Below, piece after piece: positions 11,531-22,225 of a stretch of DNA of 64,000 nucleotides (position 1 is the first letter of the stretch; each line of letters begins with the position of its first letter). The translations under genes were made by a program, and so were the position numbers. The stretch covers positions 1 through 64,000 of the forward strand of contig BROI01000028.1 in the NCBI GenBank assembly GCA_027923505.1, in the 5' to 3' direction. This stretch comes from Mayamaea pseudoterrestris (Eukaryota). A model generated the notes under the pieces. The model was given only the letters and a program-made list of their open reading frames with translations, was not told the DNA's origin and ran no database searches.

Positions 11531-12720
11531 TCGGTCCGGCACAAATTGCTCACCACCAATTCTCACGTGCCGCATCACGGTCAGACGCAACAAAAAGGGA
11601 CCTTCATCACGACAAGCTGGTTATGATCCCGCTGTAAAAGCTGTTAATAGGTATAGCAGCAATATAAACTATACAGGCTTATACAGTACAATCATCCGAT
11701 GCTATCAAAGTTTCATATACTTCCTTTGGAGCTATTTTGACTTGCGTGAGACCCCTTGCAAGGTTTGATGGTCTTTCCGCTCACAACTATTGCCATCATA
11801 CAGAGCCATACGCTTTTATCAAGTATAATATGACACACAAGATGCCTCTGTTGTAATCAATTTGACGCAGCGTGATTGCGAAATTTGGAGATTCCACCCA
11901 TTAGAAGTCAGTTTAACCAAGGTGAATGGCACGCCTTTTGCCGCTGGCGCTTACATATGCAACTGAACCTCTTTCGAGAACGTCTACAAGTGCAAGACTT
12001 TCGCAATCAACTCTCTGTAGGTAAATTAATCCTAATCTGCAGGCTTTCAATCGTAGACTCCTTTCTATGGTAAATGGGGTTAGGCGGCGCCTTGGAAGTA
12101 GCGCTCGCTCAGACCGTTGATAGTGACGCACTAACTGTTCCTTTGCTTGTCAAATTGCCTGTTTATGAACCGATAGCATCAATTTCATCTATCTGGATCT
12201 TTGTGCCGGTGCTAAAGGGGTCTCTGGCTTTGCGATTTGCAAGCGCCGCCATTGTAGCGGTCCTGATGGCAATATGGCAATTGACCACCGCAAGGTATTG
12301 CTCATGAATCATGATAGTGACCACCACTCTTTTTTCTTATATTGCTCCCTCTGCTAGTTGAAATGTTTGAAGCAATATGAACGCTTGCGAATCTATTGAT
12401 TAGTCGATATTCGACTCGTGAAGTAGCTTTGTCGAATTATCGATCGATTTTAACACGGGAGCATGTGAGTGCCAGTACGATCATAAAAATGATTTCAGTC
12501 GTGCAAATCACATCTGTACCAGTCATCGTAGAAACCTACAGAAAGCGAGCCCAGCTTGTGAGCGCGGCGAGCCTCATCGGGTCACCGTAGAACTAGTACC
12601 AGTGGCTACGGGTCGAAACTTGCGCGAAGCGTTCGCGCAGCTGCAGGCAGCAGCGATATTCGCAAACTTTTGATCATTGCAGCCTGCTGCTTTTACATTG
12701 TAGTCATCCCTACCAGTATT

Positions 12721-14970
12721 ATGATTGAAAACGGTTTTGCACCCGAAGAGCGCGCCGAGAGTGCCGAACAGATGGAGCAGCGCGAATGCATGGTATTGGA
12801 GTTTGAATCGAAAGTTCCTTGGACGGAGCACCACAAGGCCTTCGTGGCGAAAACCTCCTGGGGCGGAGAGTTTATCACTCGAAGAATGAATGCCTATGAC
12901 ATTGCCACTTCCGCCAATGATCCGGCGAAGGCTGGACAACTCTATGGAAGCCTAAAAAGTGGGCCGAGGACAAGTCTTGTCGTGGATTTGAAAGATGTAA
13001 AGGAAGTCTTGGACGAGCTCAAGGAAAGCTGGGAGTCGATGGAGGAGGAGTTGATCTCGTTTATAAAGTCTCTTGGTCCTTTTGCTTTCCGAATTATATT
13101 CTTGGAACTTGCTAATATCGGACTTTCGACGCTGGACGTGTTCCGAATCAAAATGCGATGCAAATTCGATCTCGACCGCCGAACCTACAAGAAACGCGAG
13201 TCTGACAACTATATGCAGCTCAATTTGATGGAATCCGAGTGCACTGGTGTATCCTCAAACGACTTTTCCTTACGGGAAGGCAACTCGAATGATTGGTTTC
13301 ACCCTCGCGTTCACCTCACTTTTGAAGGCAAAAGATCGGTCGATGAGCTGTGGACGCGCGACCCCGGTGTGGCTTTCAGATTCAAGTGCTTAAACTTTAG
13401 CGAAGGAGTAGGATCGCTTGAATCTTTTGGTCTTTCAATCCTGCGTAGCCGCCTTTCCGGACTTGTTTTGGACGGCCTGACATTGCCATTGGATGAAATG
13501 TGGCCCAAATATTTTGGTATGTGCTTGGGCCGTTCCGCCATTGCCGCAATTGAAATTGCGTTTGACAATCCAGACTTTTTAATGAACGACGAGGGCCTCT
13601 GTAATTGCGATAGTCTGGCGTTCTTGGTCGGCTTGGCGGATGGCTTGACATACAATAACGAGCCCAAGTCCTTTATATTGAAGTTCAACATGACTCCAGC
13701 CATGGCGACGGCTTTCTTTAAACTTGATTCTGCTACTTGGAATGTTTGGAAGCTGGAGATTTGTATTTCTGGAGCGTTGGATGAAGGTTTGAAGCGCTTG
13801 ATAGGGAACTGTGTCCGTCTTAACGATAACATGGAGAAGTTTAAGTTGCATGTCACAACAGGCACAACAGAAGCGGATACTCTCGACGTATTTACTCACG
13901 ACCATGTCGCCGCTTGGAATCGCGATGGTTCAATGGTCACGTTGACGCAAGTCATGGTTCATGCCTCGGTGGAAACTGCCGCTATGGAAGAGGATGCGTC
14001 CAAGAATCCTACGCTGGAGGAAGGATTGACAGTGAGTCCAGCCAATGACCTTAGTGCGTCCGTGGAAAGTGCTGCTGTTGTCGAGACCCATGTTGCAAAC
14101 GGCCATTCTGCTGCCGAAGAAGCCAATGCAACTCACGATGGTGAGCCTGCTGCAAAAGCCAAGTCTTCTCCGAATGATGCGGACTGGTCGCACATGCTCA
14201 GCAAGCGCGGCCATGGTATAGATCCTAGCATGCCTCTGGCGAAAGCCACGACTGCTGCTAAGGACAAGGCTTCCGAGAGCGTCATGACAAGTACCAACGA
14301 CGAGCCTGCTGCAAAAGCCAATCCTGCAGCGAGCTACAAGACAAGTACCAACGGCGAGCCTGCTGCGACAGCCAAGACCACAGCCAACGGCGATCCTCTG
14401 GCGATAGCCAAAACGACTATCAGTGCCAAGCCTGCTGCCAGTGGCAAGTCTGCTGCGAAAAAAGCCAAGGGAATTGCCAGTGGCAAGGCCTCCGCGAGCG
14501 CCAAGATGACCAAAAGTACCAGTGGCGAGCCTGCTGCGAAAGCCAAGCCTCCGGTGAGCGCCAAGACGACCGGTATTACCAGTGGCGAGCCTGCTGCCAA
14601 TGGCAAGCCTCCGGCGAACGCCAAGACGACCGGCAGTACCAGTGGCGCGCCTGCTGCCAATGGCAAGCCTCCGGCGAGCGCCAAGACGACCGGCAGTACC
14701 AGTGGCAAGCCTCCGGCGAACGCCAAGACGACTAGCAGTACCATTGGCGCGCCTGCTGCCAATGGCAAGCCTCCGGCGAGCGCCAAGACGACCGACAGTA
14801 CTAGTGACGCGCCTGCTGCCTATGGCAAGCCTCCGGCGAATGCCAACGGTGAACAAGCGGCCATTGACAAGCCTCCGGTGAACGCCAAGCCTGCTCCAAG
14901 GGGCACCGCATCCCGGTTTCGCAAGCGTTCCCATGCTATGGATCCGGCGTTTAGCCTTAAAAACTGGTAA
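12721..14970 (+). CDS. Hypothetical protein with possible RNI/LRR-like central region and C-terminal tandem peptide repeats
   Basis: Long uninterrupted ORF (766 aa from 12670; first ATG 12721); leucine-spaced segments in the middle; repeats of ANGKPPASAKTTGSTSGAPA at ~14520-14900. Confidence 0.6.
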   Translation: MIENGFAPEERAESAEQMEQRECMVLEFESKVPWTEHHKAFVAKTSWGGEFITRRMNAYDIATSANDPAKAGQLYGSLKSGPRTSLVVDLKDVKEVLDELKESWESMEEELISFIKSLGPFAFRIIFLELANIGLSTLDVFRIKMRCKFDLDRRTYKKRESDNYMQLNLMESECTGVSSNDFSLREGNSNDWFHPRVHLTFEGKRSVDELWTRDPGVAFRFKCLNFSEGVGSLESFGLSILRSRLSGLVLDGLTLPLDEMWPKYFGMCLGRSAIAAIEIAFDNPDFLMNDEGLCNCDSLAFLVGLADGLTYNNEPKSFILKFNMTPAMATAFFKLDSATWNVWKLEICISGALDEGLKRLIGNCVRLNDNMEKFKLHVTTGTTEADTLDVFTHDHVAAWNRDGSMVTLTQVMVHASVETAAMEEDASKNPTLEEGLTVSPANDLSASVESAAVVETHVANGHSAAEEANATHDGEPAAKAKSSPNDADWSHMLSKRGHGIDPSMPLAKATTAAKDKASESVMTSTNDEPAAKANPAASYKTSTNGEPAATAKTTANGDPLAIAKTTISAKPAASGKSAAKKAKGIASGKASASAKMTKSTSGEPAAKAKPPVSAKTTGITSGEPAANGKPPANAKTTGSTSGAPAANGKPPASAKTTGSTSGKPPANAKTTSSTIGAPAANGKPPASAKTTDSTSDAPAAYGKPPANANGEQAAIDKPPVNAKPAPRGTASRFRKRSHAMDPAFSLKNW

Positions 14971-15648
14971 GCTGCTGGAGTCAAGTCTAGCTTTCAATTT
15001 TTTCAATGGCGAAACGCTTGTAGCTTTGCGCGGAGGAATGATAGGATTGGAAAGTTGTGATTGTAGTCTACATTGTGATGATAAAATAGAGCAGCAAGTC
15101 GAACATAATACTTTTTCCAACACGATCAAAATAGGCACGATCATCGTCAAGCATCATTTTAGTCGCACCGACTGTAGTCCAGACTCCGCCAAGTCGCTCT
15201 CTGTCAAGGTGATCCAAGCGGAGCGTACTTTGCATGGAAGGCCACGGTGTTTGCCAAGAATTATGCGCCAAGGACTTTCAGAAATGCGCTAAACAAGCGA
15301 CATGGAGCTGGAGGATGCCATTCACATACATTCACACAACGCTGCTTGTGCTTCGAGAAGGCTTTGAGGGAACAATGACGGCACACAAACATTGAAGTCA
15401 GTATTGTTCGCAAGGGAGGCAAGTTTGAAGTCTTGACGCCGTGTCAGATTCAGGACTACGGCGAACTAATACAAGTAGTAAGCATGCATTGATGTACGCT
15501 TGCAGTTCGAGCCTATGGATCTAGGTAATATGATGTTTCGTTGATGGTACGTGGGTATAAACATTCAATATATTACATTTTTTATGTGTCGTGGTGGTTG
15601 CGTATTGTACTTAGATCTAAGGAATAATATGCCTTGAGTTTGACGATA

Positions 15649-17790
15649 TCACTTCTTTCGACCAAACATTCGACCCATCAAGCCCTTCTTCTTGTCACTG
15701 CCACTAACTGCAGTAGATACATCATTCTGTGAAGGTATGCAAGAATGCGATAGATTTCCGGCCGCGTCAGTTGTCAATGGTGCTGAAGTTAATGGATCTA
15801 CTGAATTCGGGTCTGGCAAAAAAGCAGCTCGCTGAGCCTGTTGTTGCTGATAAATCGCATCTTCCATGCTTTTGATGTCGGCTTCCAGTAGTTGGCGCTC
15901 TATTTCCTTTTCCGTTGCTGCGGTCTCCGCTTCCACTCTCTCACGATCGGAAGGGGGTGATTCGTGGGACGCGGCTGGTTTTTGTGCACAATTTAATGGT
16001 TCGTTTGATAAATAGTGACCTGCAGCCGATCCGCCACCTCGAGCAGGTACTTTTGCAGGTGCCGACGCTCCATCCCGCGTCACTCGACCTCGTTTCACTC
16101 TCGGTTTTGCCCTTTCGATGCGCTCACGCTCCTCTCGAGCCGCCTTTTCGCGCATCTTTGTATAAAAATGCTGTTCCTTGTCAATCTCGCCCGTCGCATC
16201 AGCTTTAATGGCTCTTGTCACACGGAGTGCTCCTCCCTTGCCTTTCACCTTGTATTTCTTCCCATCGCTTGCACCGAGTTCGTGCTGCAATTCCTTGGGT
16301 ATGTGCACTCCTTTGACACGACCTTCCACCACACGGTAGGCGAATGTTTGATATGGGGAAGCAGTGTCGCAGTAGCCACAATTACAAACCGTCCTCATGC
16401 GAGGTTCCGCCTCTTGATCCTTGAGTCGTTGCAAACGGTCAATCGCTTTTTTAATGACATCATTGGATATTTCTGTAAGCGGGTTGGCCATTCTCTTGAT
16501 TTCTTCCTGGCCAATGGTTTGATCCCACTTTGGTAAGCGACCCTTGGGTAATACAACTTTGGTAATGTCATTGTACATATACATGGGCCGAACAATGCCT
16601 CGCGTCCCATCTTCTGCGTCGAGCATCTTCTGCAAGGCAATAAAATGTTCCACCTTAGATGCGCCTTCCGCCTGCGCCAATGCTCGCATGCGCTTGTACT
16701 GCGTTGCCTCGTCAACCAAAAAATCGTCCTCGTCCTCTTCGTCTTCAAAGTTGGCAGTCACATATTCGCGCATTTTTGTTTGATTGCCAAGAGCTGCAGC
16801 TTCGTGAATGATTGCCATGTGATTAGTTCGCCACTCAATTGCCATGAGACCTTTCGATTCCCATGCATCCTTGACTGCCTTTCGTTCCACAGCAATACCT
16901 TCCACAACATGCTCGTTGAGTCGCGTCAATCGTCCAAGCTCGGCTGCTTCAATGGCGACGTTTTTGAAATCCATTTTGTATTCATCTTGCTCCTTGATGA
17001 CGACTTGCTTCATGCGCTTTTCGCCACCTAGTGCTAGTCGCAACTCCCGTTCCGTTGCAGCATTGGCCACCATGGCCGCCAAGTCGATTCCTGTTGGTTT
17101 GCTCGGTTTTGGCGCTACTATTTGTGCGACGTTTTGCTGATGCAACTGACCAGTTTCGATGCGCTGGTTGCGTTGTCCGATGGCTGCCATCATGTCGCCA
17201 AACAAGCCAGCTCCTGCAGATGAAGGCCTGGCTGCCGCAGAAGTAGTTGCAGGACGAGTTGGATCAACAAGGCAAATTATGTCTGCTCGATCCGATATTG
17301 ATGATACCTCATGCAACGACGATTGCTTGTCGGCTGCCTTGGCAGTCAGTTCCGCAAACAATCCACCTCGCGATGTCGCCATAACAGGGGACGCTGCTAC
17401 GCCACATGCATGTTCACCCCCACCCTGAATATGCTCAACTGCATATAATGTTTCCTCATCAACAATTTCCTCTTCAATAATCTCTTCAATCACTTCTTCA
17501 TAATAGTTATTGTAGGAAGAAGTTGTCGGGTCGTCCATGTAATGTTCCTCGTCGTACTCCGTCTCATCTTCCACTGCAGCTTGCTCCCTTGCCATGGCGA
17601 GTCGCTCGGAATGTTTCGTCTGTACAGCTGACATACGGCGAATACTTCTTCCTTTCCGTTCCTCCTGGACTTGTTCCACTTCGTCTTGACGTTTGTCGTG
17701 TTCCATCTGGAGCATTTGCGCTTCGATCGCGGCAATCTCTGCTTCAAGCTGACGGAGCTGTTTCTCTTTAATGGATTGAGTTGGGCTCAT
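15649..17790 (-). CDS. Hypothetical coiled-coil protein with WH2-like short helices and a CxCxxC motif
   Basis: Uninterrupted ORF (likely start MSPTQ at 17790); N- and C-terminal coiled coils; GGLFAELTAK and AGLFGDMMAAI motifs; CNCGYCDTASPYQTFAY. Confidence 0.75.
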   Translation of the reverse strand: MSPTQSIKEKQLRQLEAEIAAIEAQMLQMEHDKRQDEVEQVQEERKGRSIRRMSAVQTKHSERLAMAREQAAVEDETEYDEEHYMDDPTTSSYNNYYEEVIEEIIEEEIVDEETLYAVEHIQGGGEHACGVAASPVMATSRGGLFAELTAKAADKQSSLHEVSSISDRADIICLVDPTRPATTSAAARPSSAGAGLFGDMMAAIGQRNQRIETGQLHQQNVAQIVAPKPSKPTGIDLAAMVANAATERELRLALGGEKRMKQVVIKEQDEYKMDFKNVAIEAAELGRLTRLNEHVVEGIAVERKAVKDAWESKGLMAIEWRTNHMAIIHEAAALGNQTKMREYVTANFEDEEDEDDFLVDEATQYKRMRALAQAEGASKVEHFIALQKMLDAEDGTRGIVRPMYMYNDITKVVLPKGRLPKWDQTIGQEEIKRMANPLTEISNDVIKKAIDRLQRLKDQEAEPRMRTVCNCGYCDTASPYQTFAYRVVEGRVKGVHIPKELQHELGASDGKKYKVKGKGGALRVTRAIKADATGEIDKEQHFYTKMREKAAREERERIERAKPRVKRGRVTRDGASAPAKVPARGGGSAAGHYLSNEPLNCAQKPAASHESPPSDRERVEAETAATEKEIERQLLEADIKSMEDAIYQQQQAQRAAFLPDPNSVDPLTSAPLTTDAAGNLSHSCIPSQNDVSTAVSGSDKKKGLMGRMFGRKK

Positions 17791-18229
17791 TTTAGAATGT
17801 CGATTACTTGGTCGGTACTTTGGTAAGCTGTAAAAAACAGCGTCTCGGGTCTCGAGGGCTGCGTGCGTTCCCACACTAAAGTTTGGATTTTGCTCTGGTT
17901 CCCGGATGCTTCTTGGTGCAACGCACGCTTCAGCGAATGTCGACTGCACGAACTTCTCTTCCACCTCGCTAAGTATATAGTGATGCTATTCAAGACAATC
18001 GCTTTCTGTTGAGCCTTCCCTTTGGCCGTCTCGGCGAAGCAACACGTACTAGTCCTCAGCAAGGTGGTTGATCATGCGTGATGGCGAGCGAAGTGAAAGT
18101 CATTTTGCAGTCATCATGAATGGGTCTTGCTGCGACATTGAAAAGTCATACCATGACTCGCCACGTGTCGAGAAATATGGCGCGACGGCGCGGCGGCTTG
18201 TAATTCTCACCGCAAAAATCGGCTCGACC

Positions 18230-19403
18230 ATGGCCAAGAAGGAAGCGGTGGCAAACCTGAGGGCCCCTGCTACTACTGCAATGACAATGACAGCTTCAGC
18301 AGCGACTCCCCCTACAATTTGTTACGGTACTCGTAAATCGAAGCGTGTAGTTCCCAAAATTCGTCGGTCTGCTCGGAAGCGAGCTCGCGATCAAGCCGAT
18401 TCCACCAAGTGGGGTGACGACTATGGCATTCTTCCAAGCGATTGATCCACGGTGGCGGCCTCGGCGATTCCAGGGAGGTGAGTAAACGTAAAAGCGCAAA
18501 TGCAAGAAGCGAGCAGATGGGATAATGCAGGAGTGGCTTCTATTATCGATTTGACTCGAGTGACGATGTGGCAAGTGAATGGCTTTTTCGCAACCAGTGT
18601 GCTTTCGGCTTACGGATTTTCATGTTAACCTAAATTTCAGGGTACCCTTGGGATTTGTTTGTGGCTATCCACTGAATGGAGGAGAGTTATACGGCGGAAG
18701 CATGTACATTGGGTCGGCGGCAACCGATACCCTGCAAGGCCAAGCGATGCAACGAATTAATACAAGATGGGGCGACGATGGAAGGCAACCAAAAGGCCGA
18801 GAGAGTCTAGCAGGTCCGGTCTGCAAGAAGAAGTACAAGCCATTCCTGTTTCGACTGGTGCGGCAAGGACTAGACTTTAGTATCGACGCCAGTACTGCGA
18901 ATGCAAGGGTTGCCAGTGACGGCAAAGTTAAGCCGCAGCCACATAAACCATTGCCAGATTCCAGTCCATCTACATGGCAAGTTCAGGTGGAACGCTTGTA
19001 TGGATGCGCATGTCATCATGAGCGGCGACGTCAAGTAATTTTCAAGTACGGCGAACGTCCCGGATGGGAACCTTTTGGACAATGGAGTTTGAAAAAGGCT
19101 ATGCTTCAAGCCAAGCAGGAGGCCACACGATTGAACGCGCTTGCTAAAGTAACGATGGAGGAGAAGCAACAAAATAGTGGCTTACGCAATATTGCTTTGG
19201 ATGAAATGGCTGCGTCGATTGTTCGAGAAGCCAAAGGAACGAGGAATGTTTTAACTCTTTCCTCTACACCGACGCCAAACATGAAGCTGCTTCCTCTTTG
19301 CTCCAATGGCGATTGTCTTTGGAAGGTTAAAACGGCATATGACGATATAGCGGAGGAAATTGAAGAAACAAATCGGCTTGAGAGTCGGAATGCTATAGTA
19401 TAG
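18230..19403 (+). CDS. Hypothetical basic protein, probably spliced; 5' structure uncertain, possibly frameshifted
   Basis: ATG at 18230 divergent from the previous gene; GTGAG donor ~18478 and TTTCAG acceptor ~18640 lead into the ORF ending 19403; the first ORF stops at 18445 before the donor. Confidence 0.45.
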
Positions 19404-19771
19404 TAGGAGAGAAGGCCTGAATATGACGCATTCAAGTTGCGCAGGCGAAACACACAGACGTCTTCATCAGTTTCCTATCTTATGGAGTGCCCAACTGTGA
19501 AGATTTTTAGAATCTATTGGCTTATTTTTGAATGACCGACGAGGAAAGGACTGGGACGATACTCTAGATCGTTTGCCAAGCGCCTCGTTGCGAACAAAAA
19601 GAGTTTCAGCTAATAGACTTGCCGTTTCAATTGCGATTTGTTCGACTGCCTATTCAAATTACGTGATTTTAGGTTAATTGTAAGCGTTATTTACATTTAG
19701 CAATGTTTGACTAGTACGTTGTGAGTGACTGGAGTTTTCTTGTGAGTGGCTGACAGGCATCCCATCTTTCT

Positions 19772-21959
19772 TTACTTTGCTTGACGCGATATCACTGGAT
19801 TGGGAATTCGGCTGGCTGATGCAAGAGCTGGGTTGGAACGCTGTCTTTTCGCTGGTGGAAAGTATTGTTGTTGTGGATCGACTGGTGGCGGTGCATACTT
19901 GTAAGCTACTGGAGCTGACAAAACTTGCGGGTTGCTCTGCTGGAAGCCCACGTTGCGAGTCGAAACAGCGCAGGCGACAATCACTGCATCATTTTCCAAA
20001 TTGAAGAAAGGCTCTACGTCTTGCCCATGCACGTCGAATGGTGGCAAGGCGCTTGTCGTATTGTCAGCTTGAAGATAGGGATTTGGCGTAAATGCGCTAA
20101 AGTTGCTGTTGGGTGGCTGACTTTCCACCATGCCAACGAGCGAGTTACTTGAGCTCGATGATGATCCTCCAGATGAGCCTCGCTGTTTTTGACAATCAAG
20201 TTTAACGCATGCCTTGTGACTGGTAGTACCGGGCGGAGGCATGCCTTTCTCGTGCGAGAATGCCTTATCCAACGAAATGCCCATGACAATGGCACGCACC
20301 AGTGCTCGCACCTGCCCCAGCATGGCGGGATTTGTCTCCTGCTTCATCAAGGTTGCGAGACGTTTCTTTGCGTTTTGAATGTGTGTCTTGTAAAAGCAGC
20401 TGTGCCAAGAGGAAGCATGCGCAAAGTGAGCTGACATTAGGAAACTATTTTGATCGATGCAATAAGACTTCGACGCACCGAATTCGATCACGCAAGTGCT
20501 TGTCGGAACTCATCAACTCTTGACTCATTTCAAAACCATGCTTGGCTGCTACGGCTCGAATAGTGTCGACCAGCGAGTTATTGTACGCTTGCTGCCGCTT
20601 GTACTGCCCCTGGTTCCGAGACGAAGCGTTGGAATGATCATAGTAGTCGGCCATGCTGTCATACAAAACAGTTTCGAGTGGAGGATAGTCGCGCCAAAAG
20701 AAACCTGGCTGCATAATGTTTGGAGGTGGATCCGAAACTGCTTTGGTCTTGCTGCTACCAGCGGCAAGTGCACAATTCCCGTCGCGCTGTAGCGCCATCA
20801 AAATGACAATCTGGCGCTTGAGCTCTGGGTTTTGCGCAATAAATCCAACAGGATTTAGGAAGGCTTCGTCCAAATCTAAGCCATTCAATGGTTTGGCCAT
20901 AGTTGTATCAATAGGAAGAAGCGCTCGCTTAGCGCGAGGTGGCTTTGGTGCGGCAAGCTTCTTGTCCTTTGGTTTGCCCTTGACTTGATTCTCCTTGTCT
21001 TTTGAAGCGGCTTGGACATTATTTGCAGCACCTGTTTCTATCTTTTCATCTTCTTCCTCTAAACTATCATGATGAGAGACAGGACTCGTCGCTTCCTCGT
21101 CAGGTCGATCGACTGTCGCAATCATGGAGGCTCCATGCAGCAATGCGGAAATGACCATTGATGTCGGCGACTTCAGATCCAGCTCGAATGAATCAAGCTG
21201 AGATGGCGCGAGTGAAATGTTTCCAATAGAGTCTCGACTAAGAGTACTGCCAATGCTGTCGCGATTCTTGTTGCGCATGTGGAGGTTCAATGTCGTTGGT
21301 GGAGGTGATGGAATGGTAGTTTTGGCGCCTATCTTTGGAGGAGTCAACTGCTGCTGCTGCTGCTGTAGCTGCGACTGATGTCTACTCTCGAGACTCTGTC
21401 GCTTGGACGGAACGACGAGTCGATGGTTTCTTCCAGCAGAAGCAAAATTTTGATGCTGCTGACTTGATTGCCGACTGTAGTCTCTCATGTACTCAAAATT
21501 GCTGTTGCTGCCGATGCTTCCGAGCGAGTTGCGTGGATTTGAGGTCATGGGCGGCAATGAAGGTCTAGAAACATAATGCTGCTGCTGATATTGACTTGGG
21601 TATCCGTAGAATTGATACATGTGCTGCGAATGATAGCTGTTGTTGTTGTTGTACTGCTGCTGCTGACTGGACGATGAACGCGCATACGCTTCTTGCGGAG
21701 GCGGATACGTAGGATACAATTCCAAAGAATGCCGCTTCTTGTCATTCTGCGCATACTGCTGTTGAGGATACTGCTGCTGTTGGTGGTAGTGACTAGCCTG
21801 CAATTGATGGTAGTTGGCCCAAGCTGCCATTTGCTGTTGCTCTTGGTGCGACGAGGAAGCAGCTGCTGCGACCGATCGATGCGTATCAGGCTGCAGCTGG
21901 CGTCCGGTCGACGATGCTCGCGACGGCTTCCACTCGTCCTTTGGTTCCTTGGAGCTCAT
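19772..21959 (-). CDS. Q-rich putative regulatory protein, 2 exons (intron 20400-20478)
   Basis: GTGCGT...CACAG intron joins LRDRIR to CFYKTHIQNAKKRL in frame; FFWRDYPPLE...RDRIRCFYK domain; poly-Q/N N-terminus. Confidence 0.8.
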
Positions 21960-22225
21960 GACTGTAGAAATGAATTGGAAGGAAATTACTGCAAGGAAAG
22001 CAAGAAAGGGACCGTAGAGGTGCAAGCGAAAGATGAATGTTGTGGCGGATGTCATGTGCGACAAAACGGTCACGCGCAAGCCGGCCAACGGAGAGATTCA
22101 AATTAATATGAGGCTCGGCTGGCGCGGATGTGCCACCGACGGACAGGAAAACAGCCATGAGCATGACACACAATTCAACGCAGCAGCGACACGAAAAACC
22201 GCTATCCTGATCCTGCAATTTAAAC

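Noticed and set aside
13930..15150. 406-aa minus-strand ORF
   Set aside because: Antisense shadow of the repeat-rich + strand ORF.
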